Part shown: one piece after another, positions 1-7,245 of the stretch
How positions within the stretch are numbered: the first letter of the stretch is position 1
How the letters are laid out: each line of letters opens with the position of its first letter
Assembly (NCBI GenBank): GCA_963662525.1
Contig: OY759717.1
Span: 1,059,074-1,123,073, forward strand
Origin: Bacteroidales bacterium
Lineage (GTDB): Bacteria > Bacteroidota > Bacteroidia > Bacteroidales > FEN-979
Reading direction: 5' to 3'
DNA length: 64,000 nucleotides
The notes under the pieces: generated by a model
What the model was told of the DNA's origin: nothing
The model's database searches: none
What the model saw: only the letters and a program-made list of their open reading frames with translations
Program-made: the position numbers and the translations under genes

Positions 1-712
1 CCCGTCGATTGCGATATGCCTCCCGGATGCTTTCAGGAAAGAAAAGATGGGATCCTGAGCCGGCAGGTGAAGAATATTTCATTGGCCGGCCATATTTATC
101 ATTGTGCAGATCCGGATTCTGCCAGCGTACACGGAATAGATGTTCAAGCTTATTACCCTTGGGTTTGGTGAACATCACCGGCTTACCTTCCAGGTCATAG
201 TACCAAATGATCATGTCATCACCTGGAGAGATCTTACCATACTGATCCCGGGTCCCGGGTTCAAACACATCAACAACTTTCTGAGTTTTATCGTCAACCC
301 GGATATAAGCTTGTTGATCGGCTTCTTCTATGCCAGAAGCAAGAAGCTGTCGATCACGGAAAGTAGTTTCTTTCGTTCCTTTTTTACGCTGTGGTCCCTT
401 TACCTTTTCTTCAAACTCTATCGGAACATTGTATTTCCCGGCCAGGTATGTGATCGCATCAGGATATGAGATATTTTTCATATCCATAACGAAATTTACC
501 GACGATGTACCACCGTAATCACAATGGAAGCACTTATATATTCCCTGGGAAGGAGTTACAATAAGGCCTTTCCCCTTACCGGATTTTCCGCATTTTGGAC
601 ATGTTGTATAAAGGCTGGCGCCGGTTCGTTCAAGCTTGCAGAAATCAGAGATGACTTCTTCAATTTTTGCGCAAGAAAGTACTTTCTGGATGCAATCCTG
701 AGTGATTTTCAC
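1..712 (-). CDS. DnaG-like DNA primase of a mobile element, N-terminal part (zinc ribbon plus start of primase core); open at the left window edge
   Basis: My own translation of the minus strand from GTG at 712 (in-frame TAA four codons upstream) stays open to nt 2. It reads VKITQDCIQKV..TTCPKCGKSGKGKGLIVTPSQGIYKCFHCDYGG (CxxC..CxxC ribbon), then ..RVRWQNPDLHNDKYGRPMKYSSPAGSGSHLFFP, which resembles the PKYLNSPET region of DnaG. It is absent from the ORF track because it has no stop inside the window. Confidence 0.6.
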   Translation of the reverse strand, partial: MKITQDCIQKVLSCAKIEEVISDFCKLERTGASLYTTCPKCGKSGKGKGLIVTPSQGIYKCFHCDYGGTSSVNFVMDMKNISYPDAITYLAGKYNVPIEFEEKVKGPQRKKGTKETTFRDRQLLASGIEEADQQAYIRVDDKTQKVVDVFEPGTRDQYGKISPGDDMIIWYYDLEGKPVMFTKPKGNKLEHLFRVRWQNPDLHNDKYGRPMKYSSPAGSGSHLFFPESIREAYRNRR

Positions 713-728
713 AGGGAGAAATTAAACG

Positions 729-1193
729 TTAGACTTTAAGTTTTGGAAGATTCGCGAGTTCCTTCTTTGAAAAGATCACCATTTCAAGGATCCTTTCTTC
801 TGAGGAGCTGTAAGAAGGGTTATTGGGAGAAGGAAGGATCTTTCTCAGGTCCTCTTGCAATGCCAGGACTACTTTACAAATTGCATCCAGGGATTTATCC
901 TGAAACCAAAGGTTGTACTTCTGACATTTATCAAGTGCCTCAAGTTTTCCCGGGGTCCTGTAAAAGTCTTTATGGCCGGTTTCAAATAAAACCCTCGAAT
1001 GGCTGACGAAATTCTGGAACATGATCAGGATGTATGACCGCTTGCTGGATGAAATGTATCGTTCAGCATCCCGGCGATCGATAAATGAACCCCGATCGAC
1101 TCTTCTTCCTCTTCCGACATCCCAATGCATTTCATAGCTGGTAATGCCGGTGGTCTGGCAAACATCAAAACTTTTTAATTCAAACATCTGCAT
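729..1193 (-). CDS. hypothetical protein (154 aa) of the mobile module
   Basis: ORF-track ORF. Its stop lies 16 nt upstream of the primase start on the same strand, in a tightly packed gene run. No motif recognised. Confidence 0.45.
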   Translation of the reverse strand: MQMFELKSFDVCQTTGITSYEMHWDVGRGRRVDRGSFIDRRDAERYISSSKRSYILIMFQNFVSHSRVLFETGHKDFYRTPGKLEALDKCQKYNLWFQDKSLDAICKVVLALQEDLRKILPSPNNPSYSSSEERILEMVIFSKKELANLPKLKV

Positions 1194-1204
1194 AGGAATA
1201 ATGA

Positions 1205-1624
1205 TTAAAGTTTGCTGGATTTAACAGGTTGGTTTTGCTGCTCAGGATGATTGATTTCATCAATCGTGACATCCTTATTGTTGATCAGGTCGATCAGGTA
1301 ATGAGCCCTGGCTTCAACCTCAGTGGCATAGGAATGTATTTTCCCGCTTTTCAGTGTGATCTGCCATATCCCTCCTGGAAGTTTATGGACCGGTGACATT
1401 TGAAACAATCCCCAGGGGATCATGATTCCGAGCTCAGCTATTGTATAGGCATGAATGAGCCCTTTCATCAGAGGTGTAGATAACTCTTTTTTTATCAGCA
1501 CAAATTCTTTGCTGAATATATTTTTCTGTACCGGTTTCCACATGTAGTCACTTTTCAATCGTATTCCTAATGATTGAAGAACCATAGATGTACCGGGTCC
1601 CGTTACCTGAATTTCTTGTCTCAT
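1205..1624 (-). CDS. hypothetical protein (139 aa) of the mobile module
   Basis: ORF-track ORF, 1 nt from the upstream gene and 11 nt from the downstream gene on the same strand. No motif recognised. Confidence 0.45.
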   Translation of the reverse strand: MRQEIQVTGPGTSMVLQSLGIRLKSDYMWKPVQKNIFSKEFVLIKKELSTPLMKGLIHAYTIAELGIMIPWGLFQMSPVHKLPGGIWQITLKSGKIHSYATEVEARAHYLIDLINNKDVTIDEINHPEQQNQPVKSSKL

Positions 1625-1625
1625 A

Positions 1626-1835
1626 TTAGGAAATGTTATTTTTTAATTGTTCACGTGCAGCTCTTAATAACTCAGCGATTCTTTTTTTGCGCTTAGATAA
1701 TTGCAGAAAATTAGCCTGGTAATTCGCATCACGAATAATATGTTCTTCTGATTCTATTAAAACCGAAAGCTTCTCCTCATAAGACTCAATTGTGATTGCC
1801 AGATCCGGATTGCACATGTTTGAGAATGTTTTCAT
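1626..1835 (-). CDS. hypothetical small charged protein (69 aa)
   Basis: ORF-track ORF with a helical-looking charged C-terminus (KRKKRIAELLRAAREQLKNN). Its start overlaps the stop of 1832-2131 by 4 nt. Confidence 0.4.
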   Translation of the reverse strand: MKTFSNMCNPDLAITIESYEEKLSVLIESEEHIIRDANYQANFLQLSKRKKRIAELLRAAREQLKNNIS

Positions 1836-2131
1836 TGTTCTTCCTGAATTGATGCCTGAAAATGTTTAAAAACAAGTGCCTTACTTTTGCGGTGCAAGGC
1901 ACCTGCTAATTTTTTTTGAGCTTCATTTAAATCAAAAAAAGCCTTTTGTCCGGAACCTTGAACCGGGTAGTTCAATTCAGTAGGATCCCGGGAATGATGC
2001 TCGATGGGTTCACCGTCGGAGTGATGCGGAAAACGAACTTCTGAAAGCTCAGCAGAAGTTTCTTTTCCAAAGAGATCAAGTTGTTTTGGTTCCGGAACTT
2101 CCGGACCCTGTGAAATTATCTCGTTAATCAT
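1832..2131 (-). CDS. hypothetical protein (99 aa)
   Basis: ORF-track ORF with 4-nt overlaps to both neighbours, consistent with operon-style translational coupling. Confidence 0.4.
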   Translation of the reverse strand: MINEIISQGPEVPEPKQLDLFGKETSAELSEVRFPHHSDGEPIEHHSRDPTELNYPVQGSGQKAFFDLNEAQKKLAGALHRKSKALVFKHFQASIQEEQ

Positions 2132-2664
2132 ATAATACCATTTTCTTGTGCATACTTAAGAATTCCAAGCTTGTTAATGGCATTGGTTTTTCTTAAGATA
2201 TTTTTACGATGGTTTGAAGCTGTATGTATTGAAATAAACAGGAGATCGGCTATCTGAGAATCTTCAAGATTATTACAGATTAATTTTAATACCTGCATTT
2301 CTCTATCTGAAAGACTTGTATTGAATTTAGGAAGGCATATTGTATGCTCCCATTTGCATTCACCTCTGAGTGGACATTGAACGAATTCAATGTTAAAAAG
2401 CCCATCATGACGAACGTCGGGCTTATTATCATATACTGAAAAATTGCACTTTCCAAAGCGGCGAACAACAAGAAATTTATACCAAGCAACTCCAGCATAA
2501 ATTTCCATTAAGGCAGAAAAAGCATCCGGATAGTTTTCCTGGATATTCTGATAAAGGAAATGGATTAGGTCGGTATCACTTTTAATAAGGGGAAGGCATT
2601 GTCCGTTTCTTTGAACCATTACTTCCTGTCCATCAGATGAGGAAAAAAATTCAATCTCAGTCAT
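2128..2664 (-). CDS. LuxR/GerE-type HTH transcriptional regulator with Cys-containing N-terminal domain
   Basis: The C-terminus LSDREMQVLKLICNNLEDSQIADLLFISIHTASNHRKNILRKTNAINKLGILKYA is a typical GerE/LuxR HTH. The N-domain contains CPLRGECKWEHTIC. Confidence 0.7.
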   Translation of the reverse strand: MTEIEFFSSSDGQEVMVQRNGQCLPLIKSDTDLIHFLYQNIQENYPDAFSALMEIYAGVAWYKFLVVRRFGKCNFSVYDNKPDVRHDGLFNIEFVQCPLRGECKWEHTICLPKFNTSLSDREMQVLKLICNNLEDSQIADLLFISIHTASNHRKNILRKTNAINKLGILKYAQENGII

Positions 2665-2666
2665 TT

Positions 2667-2897
2667 TTATGAAATAGCAGGAAATAATTCATTCACCTTG
2701 ATTCCGGTAATCTCGCTTATTCTCTCCTTTGCTGTTTTGGGAATATCGCTGGTATTTCCATTAACCCAATTATAAAAGGTTGCTGGGGAGATACCGCATT
2801 CAGAAATAATTTTATCTTTTAAATTACCTCTTGGGCTATTATCATCAAGACTCTCATAATAGTCTTTAAGGGTCATTTTTTTTTGATTCTCAGTCAT
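2667..2897 (-). CDS. small HTH DNA-binding protein (Cro/Xre-like position)
   Basis: 76 aa. The segment ECGISPATFYNWVNGNTSDIP..ISEITGIKVNELF looks like an HTH. It is the first gene of the leftward operon and is divergent from 3019-3366. Confidence 0.55.
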   Translation of the reverse strand: MTENQKKMTLKDYYESLDDNSPRGNLKDKIISECGISPATFYNWVNGNTSDIPKTAKERISEITGIKVNELFPAIS

Positions 2898-2952
2898 TGG
2901 ATATAATATTTAGATAAAATGTATTAATTTTAGACTACGAAGGTAAAGTGTT

Positions 2953-2983
2953 TTTCGTTTAAAAGTCAAGTATATTTCGTTTA
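2953..2983. promoter_or_regulatory. candidate operator pair in the divergent switch region
   Basis: TTTCGTTTA occurs twice (2953-2961 and 2975-2983), 22 bp apart, in the 121-bp AT-rich spacer between the two HTH genes. The palindrome AAATATATTT lies at 3007-3016. Confidence 0.3.
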
Positions 2984-3018
2984 TATACGCAATTTATATA
3001 GTTTCTAAATATATTTAA

Positions 3019-3366
3019 ATGAATTTCAATAAGATACCAGAACTATTAAAAAAGAAAAACATTCAGCTTAAAGAATTTGTTCCAAAGCATACAAGTTTAG
3101 GGGTTGATGGATTTCGATATTCAATACAGCATGGAACCCTGAAGGTCAAAGATCTTGAAACGATTTCAAAGGGATTGAACGTTCCTATCAGTTTTTGGTG
3201 GCAAGATGATTTTGAATTTGTTTTTGAAGAAGGAGAGCAGAAATATTATGGCAGATCTGTCAATCAAGAAATTGCCGATCTCAGGGATGATAAGGCAAGG
3301 CTTAAGCAGCGGGTTGATGAGTTGGAAGAAAGGTTAGGTATAAAGAAAGACGGCACCTCTGGATAG
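3019..3366 (+). CDS. HTH (Xre-like) protein with C-terminal coiled coil, repressor-like position
   Basis: 115 aa. It has an HTH-like segment (LKVKDLETISKGLNVPISFWW) and a charged heptad-like tail (ADLRDDKARLKQRVDELEERLG). It is divergent from the leftward operon. Confidence 0.5.
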   Translation: MNFNKIPELLKKKNIQLKEFVPKHTSLGVDGFRYSIQHGTLKVKDLETISKGLNVPISFWWQDDFEFVFEEGEQKYYGRSVNQEIADLRDDKARLKQRVDELEERLGIKKDGTSG

Positions 3367-3464
3367 TGAGACAGCTTCCCCCTTCCCCCATAGCGGAAAC
3401 TTAACAAGTATCAATAATTCTTATACTTTTTATATTACAAATTGTTACATGTTTAATTAAAAAT

Positions 3465-3488
3465 CTGAGACAAAAACTGAGACAAAAA
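3465..3488 (+). repeat. perfect tandem 12-mer CTGAGACAAAAA x2
   Basis: Read directly: 3465-3476 and 3477-3488. A third partial copy, TGAGACA, lies at 3367-3373. The repeat abuts the terminator hairpin. Confidence 0.8.
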
Positions 3489-3508
3489 GGCCATTTATTG
3501 GCCTTTTT
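3484..3508. terminator. bidirectional rho-independent terminator
   Basis: AAAAAGGCCA-tttat-TGGCCTTTTT forms a 10-bp stem with A/T runs on both sides. It lies between the convergent genes 3019-3366 (+) and 3519-3869 (-). Confidence 0.6.
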
Positions 3509-3518
3509 AAAAGAATAA

Positions 3519-3869
3519 TTAAAATATAAACGACTGATTATCTGATTGGGTTCTATACCGGTACAATCCTGTCCCCGCTACTAAGTCGGAATCCTCATCA
3601 TTTTTGATGGGGATTCTTTTTTTTGCTTCCGCTGAAAGCCTTATGAATGCTCGCTTTGCTGAAAAAAGAGCATTGATTTTTGAAGTTAAGTATTGCCTTT
3701 TTTGAGTGTCCAGGGCTAAACCCCCTGGAAACACTAATTTCTGTATCCTTCGCTTGATGTCAAGATTGCCAGATAACCAGTATTTACTGACATTTTGCGA
3801 GAAATCAATCGCTCTTTCTACCTTGATTGAAGAACAGGCATCCACAAGCCCATTGCATTCTACCTGAAC
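3519..3869 (-). pseudogene. probable C-terminal remnant of a large serine recombinase (N-terminal catalytic part missing)
   Basis: The open frame runs from the stop at 3870-3872. The tail ..YWLSGNLDIKRRIQKLVFPGGLALDTQKRQYLTSKINALF.. matches my memory of the C-terminal ..KL.F.G....RT.R.N.. region of Bacteroidota large serine recombinases. There is no resolvase domain upstream. This call is recall-based, not searched. Confidence 0.4.
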
Positions 3870-4009
3870 TTAAATACTCCCTCACACAATAAATGGGGTC
3901 ATTTTCTGCCCCCAAACCCCGTAAACGTCCCCTGTATTGCAGGGGTCAAACAAACGTACGTTATTTGATCATAAAAATCTCTAATTTAGCATTCTCAAGC
4001 CTGCATTTT

Positions 4010-5380
4010 ATGAAAAACTACTTTTACTTTTTGCTTTTTTTTCCTGCTTTAGTTAGTGCTCAACAGCCGTGGTTAGACTATTCTCCCGTGGAATATGCTT
4101 GGAAATACGTCGGTGTTGAAGCTTTTTCTCAATGGCAGGCAGGTTACACAAGTATTGCATTGAACTCTTCTGATGAGCCTTACGTGGCTTTTAGGGATGG
4201 GCAAAATTCGGATAAAACTACAGTAATGAAGTTTAATGGAACCAGCTGGGAGTTTGTAGGTGACGCAGGTTTTTCTGCGGGTGGTACTAATTGTACTAAC
4301 CTAACAATTAGTCCATCAGGACAACCTTATGTAACGTATGCAGATGGGGGAAATTCTGGAAAAGCAACCGTAATGAAATTTGACGGAACAAATTGGATGA
4401 ATGTTGGCGCAGCAGGTTTTTCAGCTGGAAGTGTGCAGTTTACAAACATTACCTTCAGCCCAACTGGTATACCTTATGTGGCATATGAGGATTGGGGGAA
4501 TTCCCAAAAAGCTACCGTAATGAAGTTTGATGGAACGAATTGGGTAACTGTTGGTACAGCAGGTTTTTCAGCTGGAAGAGCTCAATTTACAAATATTGTA
4601 TTTAATCCCCTTGATACCTTGCCTTATATTGTTTTTCAGGATAATGGAATCTCAGCAAAAGCGAGAGTAATGAAATTTAACGGAACCAACTGGGTGGATG
4701 TAGGTACAGCAGGTTTCACAACAGGTATTGCTGGTTATACATGCTTAGCGTTTCCTTCTTCAGGTCAACCCTATGTTGCATTCGAGGATTGGGAAAACTC
4801 CCATAAAGCAAGCGTTATGAAGTTTGATGGAACCAATTGGATTGGCGTTGGAAATGCCGGGTTCTCAGCAGGACAAGCATTATTTACAAACATTGCCTTC
4901 AGCCCATCTGGTCAACTTTTTGTGGCATACGAGGATTATGCATATTATGAGAAAGCTACCGTTATGAAATTCGATGGTAATAACTGGTTAAATGTTGGAA
5001 CTGCAGGTTTTTCGGCAAGTTGGGCTAATTTTACAAGCCTTGCGATAAGTGTATCTGGTGTCCCATATGTTGCTTTTAGTGATAATGCGTATATTGGTAA
5101 AGCATCAGTTATGAAATACGATTCCGTATATATGGGAATCAATGAACAAAGAGGTTTGCAGGTATCAATTTTACCTAATCCAACTGTAGATAAAATCACG
5201 ATAAAAACCGAAGAGCAAGGATATTTCTCCATCCTTAACCTTGGCGGACAGCAATTTCTCGAACAAGAAATCACAACACCAACCACCACCATTGACGTCA
5301 GCACTCTGTCAAGTGGGTTATACATAGTCAAGATTGTCGGGGTAAAAGGCATACAAGTTGGGAAGTTCGTGAAGCAGTAA
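4010..5380 (+). CDS. T9SS-secreted protein with seven ~49-aa repeats (7-bladed propeller-like)
   Basis: I moved the start to ATG 4010, which gives the signal peptide MKNYFYFLLFFPALVSAQQ. Seven repeats of W..VG.AGFS.G......I.F.P.G.PYVA..D..N..KATVMKFDGTN span about nt 4100-5125. The C-terminal sorting domain reads ILPNPTVDKITIK..GLYIVKIVG..GKFVKQ. Confidence 0.8.
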   Translation: MKNYFYFLLFFPALVSAQQPWLDYSPVEYAWKYVGVEAFSQWQAGYTSIALNSSDEPYVAFRDGQNSDKTTVMKFNGTSWEFVGDAGFSAGGTNCTNLTISPSGQPYVTYADGGNSGKATVMKFDGTNWMNVGAAGFSAGSVQFTNITFSPTGIPYVAYEDWGNSQKATVMKFDGTNWVTVGTAGFSAGRAQFTNIVFNPLDTLPYIVFQDNGISAKARVMKFNGTNWVDVGTAGFTTGIAGYTCLAFPSSGQPYVAFEDWENSHKASVMKFDGTNWIGVGNAGFSAGQALFTNIAFSPSGQLFVAYEDYAYYEKATVMKFDGNNWLNVGTAGFSASWANFTSLAISVSGVPYVAFSDNAYIGKASVMKYDSVYMGINEQRGLQVSILPNPTVDKITIKTEEQGYFSILNLGGQQFLEQEITTPTTTIDVSTLSSGLYIVKIVGVKGIQVGKFVKQ

Positions 5381-5509
5381 ACGGAGTAAGGAACAGAGAA
5401 AGGAAGTTCGTTAAAAACCTATCACGGAGTAAGGATGATGAAGAAATGGCGTCAGCGCAAACGCCTGTTTTATAACACAGTATGGGGGCGGGAAAAATAA
5501 TCCCTTTCA

Positions 5510-5551
<42 letters not shown>

Positions 5552-5559
5552 TGGCTCAG

Positions 5560-5924
5560 ACACTCGAAGACAAGCATAAAATCTACAGTATTCATAAGCC
5601 GGAGGTGTTATGCATTGCCAAATGCAAGGAGCACAAGCCCTACGAGTTTGGGAACAAGAGCTCGTTTGCCTACACCCGCAGCAGTGGGATCAGGTCAGGC
5701 AGTTCTCCGATGGAAAAATAAAAAAACCATTGTTGACAGGGGATACAAAGGGCAATCCCATATCGGAATCACAGAGGTCATCATGCCAGCTCCCCGTAAA
5801 AAAAGAGAGCTACTACAAACGAAAACAACGAGAGGAACGATGCCGGTCACGGGCAGGAATCGAAGGACTGATCTCACATCTGAAACACGATCACAGGATG
5901 AAACGGGATGAATTTTGGTTTTGA
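5560..5924 (+). pseudogene. IS5/IS4-superfamily (DDE_Tnp_1-type) transposase remnant, N-terminally truncated and frameshifted
   Basis: Three overlapping frames carry consecutive transposase motifs: KIYSIHKPEVLCIAKCKEHKPYEFGNK (frame of ORF 5482-5721), IVDRGYKG (ORF 5615-5911), and RAGIEGLISHLKHDHRMKR (ORF 5610-5924). Confidence 0.65.
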
Positions 5925-6089
5925 GAATAAAATCAAGTCCATCCCCCTTTATGGGGCTTTTTGCATTGTTTTTTAATCCCGGCTGATGAAAGGCGGGGTG
6001 CTGATCTTCCAAATAGGTTTGAAGCTATAAAGGATAACAGATTTCACTCCCCAAAAACACATGATATCACAATGTTTCAGGCAAAGTTT

Positions 6090-6767
6090 TTATGGAGTGT
6101 TGATATAAAACAACAGACCGTCTTTCGATTCAAAACCAATCACTCCATCAGTAATTGAATAGTATGCTTTTTGAATTCCAAATTTCGGTATCGTATCGTT
6201 TACTAATTCATAAACATCAGTAAATATGGTTGGTCCTATTTGTTTAACGGGATAAAAATAAAGTAACTGGGTGGGATTACTTTTTAGAATCGTATCTTCT
6301 TCAAAATAATAATTAAAAATACCTATACCGTTTTCAAAGTTTGCATGAATCTGTAATGAAATCTCTTTAGCATCTGTTGGGTGAAGGAAACTATTTAGGA
6401 AAGAAAGTGAAATTGCAATGCCAGCAGATGAATCAGAGCCTTCTAAAATTGTAAGATCACCGTCAGTTTCGTAATAATCGCCCATACAATCATCGTGATA
6501 CAGTTTAGCATCTTCATAGCTGATTTCGTAATATTTTGATCGTCGCAATTCTCTTTTAGTACAGATATAAACAATTGAATCCTGATTTTCGCTTGTAAAC
6601 AGCAACGTATCGCCTTCAACGTAGGGGTTAATCAAAAGTTCATCAGGGGAAAAGGCAAAATCAGCTACTTTATTCTGAACACATTTACTGCATCCTGAAA
6701 AGACGAAAAGAATCAATATCCAGAAAAAATAAATTCGACCATGACGCTTTAACTGAACCATTTTCAC
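6090..6767 (-). CDS. hypothetical lipoprotein
   Basis: Signal peptide with lipobox: IYFFWILILFVFSGC. No catalytic motif recognised. Confidence 0.65.
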   Translation of the reverse strand: MKMVQLKRHGRIYFFWILILFVFSGCSKCVQNKVADFAFSPDELLINPYVEGDTLLFTSENQDSIVYICTKRELRRSKYYEISYEDAKLYHDDCMGDYYETDGDLTILEGSDSSAGIAISLSFLNSFLHPTDAKEISLQIHANFENGIGIFNYYFEEDTILKSNPTQLLYFYPVKQIGPTIFTDVYELVNDTIPKFGIQKAYYSITDGVIGFESKDGLLFYINTP

Positions 6768-7112
6768 AAATTCTAATTTTTAATAACTTTTTTGAGAATG
6801 GTTTGGTTCTGTGCTTTTATCATGCAAAGATATAATCCATTCTGAGAATCCGAAAAATTAATTGAAGGTTAAAACAAACCATTAACAACTAAATAGAAAC
6901 AAGCGATAAGATAGCATTGGCAGCTGGTGTTATAGATGAAAAGTAATGTGGGGGTTTTGAATCATTTCCTTTGAAGCTTCATTATAGTTACCATTCTTGT
7001 CATCATGGAGCTGAAAAAATAGAAGGGACCCGGGAACTGTTTCTTTCTGGCCTTCCCAGAGTAACCACTGTAATATCATCCACTTGTATCATTGATATCG
7101 GCTAAAAAAGTG

Positions 7113-7145
7113 TGAATTATGTAAAATTTTATCTGAATTATGTAA
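7113..7145 (+). promoter_or_regulatory. direct repeat TGAATTATGTAA x2, candidate regulator binding site
   Basis: The copies lie at 7113-7124 and 7134-7145, with a 21-bp period, about 100 nt upstream of the kinase start. Confidence 0.25.
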
Positions 7146-7245
7146 CAAATTTAGCGGAAACGAGATGCATCTTCGTTGTGTGGTTAAATGTTTCACGATT
7201 TCACAATAAACCGAATCTCCTTTGAATTACTTTCATAAAGGAAAA

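Noticed and set aside
7222-7245. TTG start for the hybrid kinase
   Set aside because: ATG at 7246 gives MNFKTRIRKNLLLLTFIVLAG, a typical positively charged N-terminus followed by a TM segment. The TTG extension adds nothing recognisable.
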